Shown: positions 46,981 to 56,229 of the stretch, piece by piece
Numbering within the stretch: position 1 is the stretch's first letter
How the letters are laid out: each line of letters opens with the position of its first letter
IMG/VR virus record: IMGVR_UViG_3300022539_000610
Coordinates: 50,032 to 114,031 of that record
Direction: 5' to 3' (one strand)
Source of the DNA: a virus
Length of the DNA: 64,000 nucleotides
Translations under genes and position numbers: made by a program
The notes under the pieces: model-generated
Seen by the model: only the letters and a program-made list of their open reading frames with translations
Database searches by the model: none
Told to the model about the DNA's origin: nothing

Positions 46981-48852
46981 TTACCCACTTATGCCTCGAA
47001 TGGCCATGTACGCATGCGCTCGAAATCGTGGGTCCTCTATCGCACTCACAGCCCCAATGGCGGCGAGGGCAGCAGTGGCTTTTGCTCGTTCCTCCTCCGT
47101 CGCATCTGCCTTCCTCAATATCTTCACTGATCGAAGAACATCACGAAGAACCCTCTGATCAATTCCTTTTTCATGAATAGCAATTTTACGTTCAAAACCA
47201 ACTTCATGCAGTAACGAATCTAAAAGAGATTCCTTCTCAGGTTCTTCTCCTTCAGGTGGAGTTTCCTCCTCCTCTTCCTCTTCACCACCTTTTTTGGGCT
47301 CTGGAGGTTCCTCTTTCTTCTTCGGTTTTGGTTTCACCTTTGGTTTTGGCTCCGGTTCAGGCTCTGGTTCTTCCTCACCCTCTTCTGGAGGTTCTTTAAT
47401 AAAGTTCGTCGCCCCACCAAAAATACTCACTTGCCTGTAGAGCCAAGCCTGGAACTTATTCATATCAATAAGCTTCGCAAGATGTTCATCCTCCTTAAAC
47501 TCAGAAATTACTCGCTTAACTGTATCTACAACCCCGATAACCGCATCGAATAACTCCACTTTATCCAACTCATCAACTCTTACTAACTCATTCCTAAAAG
47601 AAACATCAATATCTCTGGGAACAACACTAGGGAAACCTTTATTTACAAGATGAATGAGGGCTATTTGTTTTGCCCCCATAGCAATAGAAGTTTGAATGTT
47701 CTTCAACACTCGCACATAACGGGCATAACGTTTAAGAGTTTCTGTCCTCGTCCCTTCACCTCCAAACAACAACTCAGGCGGGTAGCCAATAGTCGAGCAA
47801 ATAACTTTCCTATTATCTTCTATTCTATCAGATAGTGCTTCAAGAGATCTATCCTCCTTCACATCAGATAGACTTCGAAGTTCTCCCTTATCACTAAAGA
47901 TTGGAAGAATCTTAAGGGAGCCAGCAAGGTTAACAATATCTGCTACTGAAAACTCATCAGTACTTTTATTGATTCCTACCTTTTTATTAAGAAAACGCTC
48001 ATACTTCCTACATGCCTCAAAAGCATCCTTGGGGTTAGTTGCTGGAGGCATCTGAAGACCAACTAAATTTCCCTTCAAAATATCATTCAACTTCTTTGTT
48101 GGTACCAGGAGCTCAATCAACATGAGCTCCTTAATCTTAGAGAGAACCCCATAGAAAACACTCCTCCCTACTCGGGTGTACGTGGGAAGAGTCTTTCCTT
48201 CAAAGTCTTTCTTATCAGTAAGATCAACACCAATTTTACTTGTTACAAACTCAGTGCCAACCTGTATCCGAAGCTTGTACTTATTAATTGCAAAATGGGC
48301 AAACTCGTAAGGACGCTTCACTGCTATGTCCTTCTGAACCCCAGGAGTGAGAAAGACATAAGGGAAACCATGTTTGTAGAAAGCCACTACGTTCTTCTGA
48401 TCAACGTCGTCCAGGAGGTCGACAACCCCTTCTCCTTTCTCAAGCTTTACCCGCAGGACGTGCTCTCCTTGTCGAACTAGGTCCAGAGCTAAGTCACCAA
48501 TGAATTGATCAAAATCAAACTTATCTTGCAGGTGCTGAAGCTCCTCATTGATAGCATCATCCCCGGAGCTCAACTGAATCACCTCTCCAGTGGTAACATC
48601 TGGAGTGAGTGCATCCTCAACTATATTTCTTGCAAGAGCATCTACGAGATAAAAAGACTTTATCTTTTCCATCTCCTGGAGGAATTCTTTCTTTGTAGAA
48701 ATAGCTTTTTGGTAAGTAGTCATCCATGCCTGAGCAATCTCGAAGTCAGGGATGAAATCTGTAATTCCCTCTTCCTTCTTCTGAGGCTCAGATTGGGTAG
48801 TGGGTTGACCACCGAAACCAAAGAATTTAATTTTTGAAAACAGTCCTGCCAT
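46981..48852 (-). CDS. portal protein (gp20-like) with acidic/Pro linker and extra C-terminal domain
   Basis: Between terminase and protease; IVEDALTPD, GRSVFYG, GYPPELL; 623 aa. Confidence 0.85.
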   Translation of the reverse strand: MAGLFSKIKFFGFGGQPTTQSEPQKKEEGITDFIPDFEIAQAWMTTYQKAISTKKEFLQEMEKIKSFYLVDALARNIVEDALTPDVTTGEVIQLSSGDDAINEELQHLQDKFDFDQFIGDLALDLVRQGEHVLRVKLEKGEGVVDLLDDVDQKNVVAFYKHGFPYVFLTPGVQKDIAVKRPYEFAHFAINKYKLRIQVGTEFVTSKIGVDLTDKKDFEGKTLPTYTRVGRSVFYGVLSKIKELMLIELLVPTKKLNDILKGNLVGLQMPPATNPKDAFEACRKYERFLNKKVGINKSTDEFSVADIVNLAGSLKILPIFSDKGELRSLSDVKEDRSLEALSDRIEDNRKVICSTIGYPPELLFGGEGTRTETLKRYARYVRVLKNIQTSIAMGAKQIALIHLVNKGFPSVVPRDIDVSFRNELVRVDELDKVELFDAVIGVVDTVKRVISEFKEDEHLAKLIDMNKFQAWLYRQVSIFGGATNFIKEPPEEGEEEPEPEPEPKPKVKPKPKKKEEPPEPKKGGEEEEEEETPPEGEEPEKESLLDSLLHEVGFERKIAIHEKGIDQRVLRDVLRSVKILRKADATEEERAKATAALAAIGAVSAIEDPRFRAHAYMAIRGISG

Positions 48853-48891
48853 TTAACTCCTTCACTTATTTCAACTATACCACGATAACAG

Positions 48892-49107
48892 TCATATGGC
48901 ACCTAAATACCTTCGTAAGGCCATCGCTAATGGATCAGTCTCTTTAAACCAATCTTTCAATGTCCACTTCCTCTTCAAAGCAGACTTAAATCTATCCTCT
49001 ATGTTCTGAACTACCTCTTTCTTAACACGGTCATAGGTTTCTTTCTTAAGAGGTTCACCCCCCACCTCCACTTCCATAGTTCTCAAAAGTTCAGTTGCTT
49101 TGCTCAT
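48892..49107 (-). CDS. leader-tagged small protein
   Basis: MSKATELLRTME. Confidence 0.75.
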   Translation of the reverse strand: MSKATELLRTMEVEVGGEPLKKETYDRVKKEVVQNIEDRFKSALKRKWTLKDWFKETDPLAMALRRYLGAI

Positions 49108-49121
49108 CTTATTATCCTCCT

Positions 49122-51023
49122 CTAAACTTGCTCAACCTTGATAACGGCTGAATTAAAAATTGACTCATACAAATCAGCCTGTGTACTTCCTTCATCAATA
49201 ATTTCTTTCATATATGCTTCATGAAACTCTTCTTTTCCGTAGAACTTTTCCATTTGCTCATAAGCATTCCAAAGACTCCCAGTTACAGCGTCAGCAATAT
49301 CCTTACTACCTCGACGTTGGCCTTGGGACTTATCCTCATCTCCTTCCGTGTCACTTGCATAGAGGGGGTGGTCTATCTTATCCCCCAAGTCAAGAAGGTT
49401 CTTGAGTTCAGTCCTCAATCTCGGGTGCTTTACCCCGTTATATCTTCCCTCAAGCAAGACATTTTTAAAATGATCATATGGAGCACGGTTCTTATCAACA
49501 GATATAATCTTTGAATCTACTCCCATAAGCCAGAGATCCTGTTTAAGGTTCTCAGACTGGTACCCATCAGCAGTCACCGAAGCCACAGTCACTCCAGCTT
49601 GCATAAGATCCCTAACAAAGTTCTTTATCTTATAGATCGGAACATCTTGTCCTGCCTTCGACTTGAGGGCCATCACAAAGTCAGTCCAGAATATTGGTTC
49701 CTTAGTAGTAAGAAACTCTCCTGTACCTGTGTCCCGCCTCGTAACAGTAACAAACCCTATGATGCACGACATCGCTATACCCGCTAAGTCATGCCTAATA
49801 CCCAAGTCAACATGGATGAACCGTGGCCTTTTATGCTTCAATACCTCTTGGATGAGAAGGTACTTAATCAGCACATCACTCTGGTCATAGAAATCAAGAG
49901 CGATAATGTCCTTCGTGACAGGATTTCTTCTAATCAAGCCTTCTTCTATTTTCTCCACTGACGAGATGAACTTATGAGTAGAAAATACTGCTTTACCAGC
50001 CAATTCTCTGATTGCACTGTAAGGATCATCAAGGAAATCGTCATAGTGAATAACAGGTACTTCTATTACTCGTGACTCATCAAGTCCCCGCATTTGTCGA
50101 GCATGTGAGATAATCGCCGGATCATGAGTATCGTCTCCAATGAACATCTTAAACATCTCACAGTTCTGATACTGAACATCAGGCTTCGCCACCCAAATAG
50201 GATAATCAAAAACTCGAACCCTGGGTTTCCTCTGTACCTGCTTGATATGCATCTCCAGGAATGCCGCTTCATCTGCCTTCGAGGAGTCAAGCCACATGTG
50301 TCCAGGCCACTTAGTGAGAAACCTTGTCTGCATTCTTCTCTTGTTTGCCGTATAGTTCAGATATGCCTGATTATTTACACGATTCTGAAAGTTAAGCTCA
50401 GACAGTACCACCCCACCTACAGCCTGTCCAATGGTGTGAGTAAATCTAGAACCTTCAACGAGGTCAAGATTCTTTTGAAACATAGACTTCCTTGCCCCAC
50501 CTTCATTCAAACGAGACTTCAAGAAAGGTGAGGATTGAATCCACTCTATTAGCTCATCAAATAGAGCTCCTTTTGCTGTCTTCAATGTCTCACAATAGAT
50601 ACCATAGAGAATCCTTGTTGTTTTCCCAAGATTAGGAAAATGAAGCTGTGGACTCCTAAGAAACAACATCTTTGTCCAATCATACAAGACCCCTATCTTT
50701 GCCTTCCAGGTTTTCCCACCCCCTAGACTTCCAGTTAATACAATTTCATCGTAAGGGCTATAGAAAGGATTTGGATAAATCTCCCTCAATCCAGCTCGAC
50801 GAATGGGGAAAACAGCTGTCTTGTCCTCCATGTCATTCCAGAGGACATTCTTGAGATAGTCCGCTCCATCCATGAACTCATCAATGGTGGGTGGGACTTC
50901 CTCGTATCCTGCAACCTTTGCCAGAGACTTTACAGTATCATTGTAGCCATGGGCAGAGACCATCTGAGTAAGGAGTTGTGTACCAGGATCAGTTTTCTCC
51001 TGTTTAGGTTTTCGACGGGCCAT
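49122..51023 (-). CDS. terL: terminase large subunit
   Basis: VLTGSLGGGKT Walker A, VLSELNF Walker B, FIHVDLG, ADGYQS, KIDHP, SKDIADAV nuclease motifs. Confidence 0.93.
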   Translation of the reverse strand: MARRKPKQEKTDPGTQLLTQMVSAHGYNDTVKSLAKVAGYEEVPPTIDEFMDGADYLKNVLWNDMEDKTAVFPIRRAGLREIYPNPFYSPYDEIVLTGSLGGGKTWKAKIGVLYDWTKMLFLRSPQLHFPNLGKTTRILYGIYCETLKTAKGALFDELIEWIQSSPFLKSRLNEGGARKSMFQKNLDLVEGSRFTHTIGQAVGGVVLSELNFQNRVNNQAYLNYTANKRRMQTRFLTKWPGHMWLDSSKADEAAFLEMHIKQVQRKPRVRVFDYPIWVAKPDVQYQNCEMFKMFIGDDTHDPAIISHARQMRGLDESRVIEVPVIHYDDFLDDPYSAIRELAGKAVFSTHKFISSVEKIEEGLIRRNPVTKDIIALDFYDQSDVLIKYLLIQEVLKHKRPRFIHVDLGIRHDLAGIAMSCIIGFVTVTRRDTGTGEFLTTKEPIFWTDFVMALKSKAGQDVPIYKIKNFVRDLMQAGVTVASVTADGYQSENLKQDLWLMGVDSKIISVDKNRAPYDHFKNVLLEGRYNGVKHPRLRTELKNLLDLGDKIDHPLYASDTEGDEDKSQGQRRGSKDIADAVTGSLWNAYEQMEKFYGKEEFHEAYMKEIIDEGSTQADLYESIFNSAVIKVEQV

Positions 51024-51041
51024 TTCATTTACTTGTCGTCC

Positions 51042-51308
51042 TTACTTCGGGTCAGGTTTGACGTCTTCGATGTCAACTATGGTTTTAACCTGCTCGATAC
51101 CCACAGCTACATTCCCAGGGCCTTTGAGATTCGTAACCCCGGTGTCATCGACAGTAAAAGTCTTTCCTACATCAAGTCCAAAAGTCTCTGCGTGTCCCTT
51201 GTCTTTAAGGGCAACTACTTTCACCTTCTTAAATTTTGTTACTTTATCACCCTTCGCTGGGGTGATCACCTCTTCCAGTTTCTTTACCATTTCACTTGCT
51301 CTACTCAT
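51042..51308 (-). CDS. leader-tagged small protein
   Basis: MSRASEMVKKLEE. Confidence 0.75.
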   Translation of the reverse strand: MSRASEMVKKLEEVITPAKGDKVTKFKKVKVVALKDKGHAETFGLDVGKTFTVDDTGVTNLKGPGNVAVGIEQVKTIVDIEDVKPDPK

Positions 51309-51458
51309 TTGCTTTTCCTCCTAATAGGTTTGTTTTTACATCCTTTAAATAATACATTCGCGGAACTCTTCTTATTATTTTATCTGCCTTTATCCTCTCT
51401 ATAAAATCTATAGCTTTAGCTTTCGTATCGGCGTCAACCATATCCCAAAATTTTGACA

Positions 51459-51506
51459 TCATACTTTCTTAATAAAAATGTTTAATCCTCCTAATGCTCT
51501 ACTCAT
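51459..51506 (-). CDS. leader-only mini-ORF or remnant
   Basis: MSRALGGLNIFIKKV*, with ATGAGTAGAGCA start after a purine-rich RBS. Confidence 0.35.
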   Translation of the reverse strand: MSRALGGLNIFIKKV

Positions 51507-51515
51507 TTCTTCCCC

Positions 51516-51929
51516 TTATATCTTTTGTAAAATAGCCTGTGCTTTCTTTAATTGTTCAAGCTCAGGAAGTTTCTCTTTCGTTGCAACCTTCATTGCTTTA
51601 TCTAATGATTCAATAGCCTGGTTAAGATAAAGTTTAATTGTATACTTCTTCTCCCTACCCAGTTTAAGCGCTGCTAGTGCCCACTTGTCTTGCAGCATTG
51701 GTGATACCTCAACCAACAGACCAATCAAATACAATGCCTCTACTGCCTTTGAAAACTTTTCTCCAAAAGAAAGTTCTGTTCCGCAATTACTGCACCGTAA
51801 GGGATAACGACCCTGATACGAAGGAATAACTAATCCACAACCTGAACACTTCCTTCCGCTTGGTGGAAGCTTAGCCATTGCATTTTTCATTCCAGGACTA
51901 ACAGTAACTCCACTTGCTTTACCCATCAT
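51516..51929 (-). CDS. zinc-ribbon protein
   Basis: CSGC...CSNC; ends LKKAQAILQKI. Confidence 0.7.
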   Translation of the reverse strand: MMGKASGVTVSPGMKNAMAKLPPSGRKCSGCGLVIPSYQGRYPLRCSNCGTELSFGEKFSKAVEALYLIGLLVEVSPMLQDKWALAALKLGREKKYTIKLYLNQAIESLDKAMKVATKEKLPELEQLKKAQAILQKI

Positions 51930-52383
51930 TACTCTCCTTGATAAGTGGTTTCCCTCCTGCTATCATTCCAGGGATTTGCCTTTTATCCTTAACATTCAAA
52001 ACCACCTCATTTAATCCAGACTTACGGTCACAGTTACTTAAAAGCCAGTGTCCACAGTCAAGTTGAATAGCAAGCTCACAGTGTTCATTTGGATCTCGTA
52101 TAGTAGGTTTACGAATTGTTTTCACAGAAGCAGTGACATCCTTCCCATCCCAAGGACAAGTGTACTTTGGTCCCACTCGACCTATTTTTTTCAAGGCCGC
52201 TCCTGCTCGGGTCACTCTTTTCCTTTTACCAAGGACTTTCCAGAAAACTTCATCCAGAATAGTAATAGTGACTGGCTTTCCTGTAACACTTCGAAAGGCA
52301 ACCTGAATCTCACTCATGAAGGTATTCCAAGAAGATGGATCTAGTTCACTCAGGGCTTTATGTATGTCAATGACTTTTGTCAT
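51919..52383 (-). CDS. hypothetical protein, untagged paralog of 54624-54824
   Basis: MTKVIDIHKALSELDPSSWNTFMSEIQ. Confidence 0.75.
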   Translation of the reverse strand: MTKVIDIHKALSELDPSSWNTFMSEIQVAFRSVTGKPVTITILDEVFWKVLGKRKRVTRAGAALKKIGRVGPKYTCPWDGKDVTASVKTIRKPTIRDPNEHCELAIQLDCGHWLLSNCDRKSGLNEVVLNVKDKRQIPGMIAGGKPLIKESNDG

Positions 52384-52805
52384 CTTCTTCCAACCTCTCT
52401 TAACAGGCTCTCAGTAAGTTCTTTATACACCTCACTTGGAGATTTATTAACTAAAGCCATTAAAGTTTTAAGTCGGTTAACCTTAATCACAGGGACATCC
52501 AATCCAAGTTCCTGATATGCCAAGGCTCTAGTATTCCCATCCACTATTCTAGAGGGATTAGACAGTCTAACAAAAACTGGAATAATTCCCTTTCCCTGTT
52601 TAATCCTATTCTTATAATAATCCACCCTCTCTCTGGCAGAAGGCAGCTCTACCTCGATCTTTAGTTTACTTGGCTTTGTAGTATAAACACTACCAGAAGG
52701 ACCTTCTCCTACTTTCTCTTTCAACGACTTGTTAAGCATCGCTTGCCATATATGATCGACAAGTTCCACAAAAACATGGCTCATCATAATCTTCAGTGTG
52801 TTCAT
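52380..52805 (-). CDS. ParB/Srx-like domain protein
   Basis: PVFV...IVDGNTRALAYQELG. Confidence 0.75.
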   Translation of the reverse strand: MNTLKIMMSHVFVELVDHIWQAMLNKSLKEKVGEGPSGSVYTTKPSKLKIEVELPSARERVDYYKNRIKQGKGIIPVFVRLSNPSRIVDGNTRALAYQELGLDVPVIKVNRLKTLMALVNKSPSEVYKELTESLLREVGRR

Positions 52806-52950
52806 CCCAGCTTAAGGTGTGATAATACCTAGGATAATGTTTTTTCACATCCTGCTTATATCCCTTCCAATCATTCCCGTAATATTTATCCATTTTATCC
52901 TCCATTTAAGTAGACGCCTAACAGTATACTTACTTTAATCCTCCTACTTA

Positions 52951-53388
52951 TCATACGTTTCTAACTTCATTATAAAAATCAGTAAGTCTCTTGATATGAG
53001 TATTTTTATTGAATACATCTCCTGGACCTGTACTTTGATCAGTATCAACATTAAATTTCTTTCTTATCGCAGGTTCAATATAAGCGTGCATTGCCTTATC
53101 AGCTCTCCAAATATATGTACTTCCTTTAGAATCGTAAACAGATCTTGTTTTCGGCTCCCCACGAAGCATATTCGGATATTCAGCTCTCATCTCCCTTGCT
53201 ATACTTTGATAATCGCTTGATGATGGATTCTTTATGACTTCAACTTTCCGTCCAGATACATTAACATAGAAATAATCAGTTTCAAATTGACTCTTAACAA
53301 ACTCTTCTGCGCTCTTATACTTCCTTGCTTCTTTAGCAAGATATTCAAACTCTTTACCTTTCTTTAGAATAGAGGAAGCTCTACTCAT
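52951..53388 (-). CDS. leader-tagged protein
   Basis: MSRASSILKKGKE; VEVIKNPS...YIWRADKAMH. Confidence 0.75.
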   Translation of the reverse strand: MSRASSILKKGKEFEYLAKEARKYKSAEEFVKSQFETDYFYVNVSGRKVEVIKNPSSSDYQSIAREMRAEYPNMLRGEPKTRSVYDSKGSTYIWRADKAMHAYIEPAIRKKFNVDTDQSTGPGDVFNKNTHIKRLTDFYNEVRNV

Positions 53389-53447
53389 CTATTACTCCTC
53401 CTATATCCTCTTGAATGATACCTTCTTATGATTTTCTTCCTTGATGT

Positions 53448-53894
53448 TCATTTATAATAATTCAAATAAACCTTTTTATCTAATTTCAATAAAAACTTAC
53501 TAAACTCATACCTCACATTAGACTTAACTTTAGTTATTGGCAACCAACTACTACCATCATAAAACTCAATATCTTCTGGAGGTACATTCCTCTTTACCCA
53601 GAATTCTTTAGCATCAAGATTGTCAGCATCTTTTAGCTTATCTTTAGATACTCTTAGCAATAACACTTCAGGTTTATCTTTCTTTTGAGCAACATTTTGT
53701 GAAACATAGTACCAAGACTCATTAGGAGAAAATGCAAAATATACCCTGTCAGTATAACTCCCAAACCATGAAGCCGATCTTGGTGTTAACCCTTTTGATT
53801 TTATTGCATCGGCATTACCAGAATATGACACATGATAGCCATATCCTGTATCTATCTCATTTACCTTCTTAATTATCTTCTGAGCCCTATTCAC
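53448..53894 (-). CDS. leader-tagged Tpt1/KptA-like ADP-ribosyltransferase-fold protein
   Basis: MNRAQKIIKKVNE; YHVS...IKSKGLTP, RVYFA, LLLRV, EFWV..VPPEDI. Confidence 0.7.
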   Translation of the reverse strand: MNRAQKIIKKVNEIDTGYGYHVSYSGNADAIKSKGLTPRSASWFGSYTDRVYFAFSPNESWYYVSQNVAQKKDKPEVLLLRVSKDKLKDADNLDAKEFWVKRNVPPEDIEFYDGSSWLPITKVKSNVRYEFSKFLLKLDKKVYLNYYK

Positions 53895-53900
53895 TTTACT

Positions 53901-54245
53901 CTACTCATCTTTTATTACTCCACCAATGTCCTGCCTGACAATATCATCTTCCGCATAGGAAACAAACATTTCCTCGATTACTACAGCCTTTTCGTATACC
54001 CGAAATTCGTGTTTCCACTCTTCACCTGGTGCAGTAGTGAATTCTTGCCCCTTCGTCAAAACTACTTCTCCATACTTTGTGCGGATTCCAATCTTTCCTT
54101 CTAAAACAACAAACAAGTTATACTTAGCTTGATGGTAATGAAAAGAGCATCTTGTTCCTTTTTTTAGAAAGAGTACAGAAGTGGCGTGAGTTGAGTCGCT
54201 ACGCAAGAGCCACCGTTCTCCCCAAATTTGTAAGGTACGTTGCAT
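53901..54245 (-). CDS. cupin domain protein
   Basis: IWGER, CSFHYHQAK, FVVLEGKI, HEFR. Confidence 0.85.
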   Translation of the reverse strand: MQRTLQIWGERWLLRSDSTHATSVLFLKKGTRCSFHYHQAKYNLFVVLEGKIGIRTKYGEVVLTKGQEFTTAPGEEWKHEFRVYEKAVVIEEMFVSYAEDDIVRQDIGGVIKDE

Positions 54246-54526
54246 TACTTCCCGCTTTCTCTCTCCTTAACTGCTTTCTTGATACTATCAGGAATGGAAG
54301 ATAATTTCTTACCCAAATGCTTTCCAATTTTCACATCAACACCAACAGTCCCTGAATACTGATTAAATCCTTGAGGAGAATCAGGGTTATCACTCATCCC
54401 ATAAACATCATCCCCTATGATAACAGTGTACCTGTCCGCAGTCTTCCCACCATTATCGTAAACCACAACTTTACCTTTCTCAAAAACATTACCAATAATT
54501 TCCAATATCTCTTTCGCTCTACTCAT
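54245..54526 (-). CDS. leader-tagged protein
   Basis: MSRAKEILEIIGNVFE; YDNGGKTADRYTV...PQGF...HLGKK. Confidence 0.75.
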   Translation of the reverse strand: MSRAKEILEIIGNVFEKGKVVVYDNGGKTADRYTVIIGDDVYGMSDNPDSPQGFNQYSGTVGVDVKIGKHLGKKLSSIPDSIKKAVKERESGK

Positions 54527-54623
54527 CTCTATTCTCCTCATTGTATTGTTACAGTCTTAACCTTACCAGGTGCAAATCGTCCCATATACCCCTTGACTTT
54601 CTTATGGGCCTTCGTTATTACAT

Positions 54624-54824
54624 TTACCTTTTACCAATCAACCTTTTAAAAGATTTATCTAACTTAATAGTAGGAACTGTCACTCCCGCTGTGTCTTGAA
54701 TAGCCGATTGAATTTCACTCATGAAAGTATTCCAAGATGATGGGTCTAGATCACTTAAGGCCTTATGGATGTCGGCGACTTTAGTTTCCTTCAAACCATA
54801 GATTAAATTACTTGCCTTGCTCAT
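54624..54824 (-). CDS. leader-tagged paralog of 51919-52383 (possibly frameshifted)
   Basis: MSKASNLIYGLKE|TKVADIHKALSDLDPSSWNTFMSEIQ. Confidence 0.75.
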   Translation of the reverse strand: MSKASNLIYGLKETKVADIHKALSDLDPSSWNTFMSEIQSAIQDTAGVTVPTIKLDKSFKRLIGKR

Positions 54825-55774
54825 CTTATCCTCCTTAAAATCTTGGACACCTTCGTCTTATTCAACGCTCTATCTAACTTCCTATTCAGTAACTCCTCAG
54901 TCAGGAAGCTCTCATCTATTCCATTCCTCACCCTATCCACAGCCTTATCCACAGAGGAGCCTAAACAATAAACACTCACAAGAAACTCCCGAAGCTGAGC
55001 AAACGAGAAACCGTCAGTCTTATCAGCCAGATCCTCAAGGGTCTTCTCATCTTCATGCATCCCAAGTTTATGCTTCAAATACGCCAACCTTCCTTCAGCG
55101 GGTGGGTTCTTGATCTCAATAATCTTATCAATTCTTCCTGGTCTCCGAATCCTCTCCGACAACTTGTTATAGTAATTAGTTGTAAAGAGGAAAAGTACTC
55201 CATCAGTCTGAGCATCCCCATCCAGTAGTTCCAAAATGGGATGTTCACCCCCATAGTCAAACACACGGTCAATGTCCTCCATAACAATTAAGACATGCCG
55301 GTCGGGCTCTACATCTCGATACACTGCCAGGGCTTCCTTCAATATGTAGGAGTCCTTGACGATGAATACTACATCCCCTCTGGCAACACAGTCTTCCATT
55401 ACTAGCTTTAGCAAACAACTTTTTCCTACACCAGGTTCACCTCGGAGCAATACTCCTCTCTTATGGGTAAAGCCAAGTTTGACATACTCGTTCTTCCGTT
55501 GCCAGAAGTCCTTAATCTCCCCTAAGACTTCTTTGTGCCTAGAATCATCAAAGCGAAGCAGTTCATCAGTATTGAGTTCATGAAACTCAAACAAGATCCC
55601 AGCCATTGTGCTCTTCACCTGATACATCCCAGGGTCAAGTTTTTCCTGAGTCACTATAGCACCCATAGGTAAAAAGGAATTCTTTTGAACTCTAAACTGA
55701 GTGTAGACTCGTTCTCTTTTTCTGGCATTTTCGATCGTCTTGACTACTTCTTTTGCTTCTCTTCTCATCTTCAA
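54821..55774 (-). CDS. AAA+ ATPase
   Basis: KRGVLLRGEPGVGKS, VMEDID, FTTNY, RRPGRIDK. Confidence 0.93.
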   Translation of the reverse strand: MKMRREAKEVVKTIENARKRERVYTQFRVQKNSFLPMGAIVTQEKLDPGMYQVKSTMAGILFEFHELNTDELLRFDDSRHKEVLGEIKDFWQRKNEYVKLGFTHKRGVLLRGEPGVGKSCLLKLVMEDCVARGDVVFIVKDSYILKEALAVYRDVEPDRHVLIVMEDIDRVFDYGGEHPILELLDGDAQTDGVLFLFTTNYYNKLSERIRRPGRIDKIIEIKNPPAEGRLAYLKHKLGMHEDEKTLEDLADKTDGFSFAQLREFLVSVYCLGSSVDKAVDRVRNGIDESFLTEELLNRKLDRALNKTKVSKILRRIR

Positions 55775-56013
55775 CTCCTACCGTAGGCAGCTCTGGGGAG
55801 GGCTGCTCCTTTAAACTGTTTATATGCCTGTTCCAATTGGTTCATGTCAAGAGCTACACCAAAGATGCTTTTAAACCTCTCTGCCTCATGCTTTACTTTT
55901 GCAAAACTAGCACGGGGATCGTCAATCATCTGTGCGATTGCAACGACGATCTCGTAATAATTTATTCTTTTCTCTGTGGTAAGTAAAAGTAAAGTCAGAT
56001 GTCCAGCTCTCAT
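55771..56013 (-). CDS. hypothetical protein
   Basis: Tiled 80-aa ORF. Confidence 0.55.
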   Translation of the reverse strand: MRAGHLTLLLLTTEKRINYYEIVVAIAQMIDDPRASFAKVKHEAERFKSIFGVALDMNQLEQAYKQFKGAALPRAAYGRS

Positions 56014-56225
56014 TTACCTTTCTCCTTTTTCATTCTTCTGGCCTCGTTGATATAGAAGTCGATTCTCCCAGCAGCCCCTTCAAGCTCAGCACTCATCTTT
56101 AACAACGTGTCCTGGATCGCTTCACAAATATCTAAGAAGCTAAGAGGAGCCTCAGCAACAGGCTCCGAACATTGCTCACATCCCTCCTCGTTGACAGAGG
56201 AGAGAATCTTTTTTGCTTTGCTCAT
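56010..56225 (-). CDS. leader-tagged small protein
   Basis: MSKAKKILSSVNE. Confidence 0.75.
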   Translation of the reverse strand: MSKAKKILSSVNEEGCEQCSEPVAEAPLSFLDICEAIQDTLLKMSAELEGAAGRIDFYINEARRMKKEKGK

Positions 56226-56229
56226 TGCC

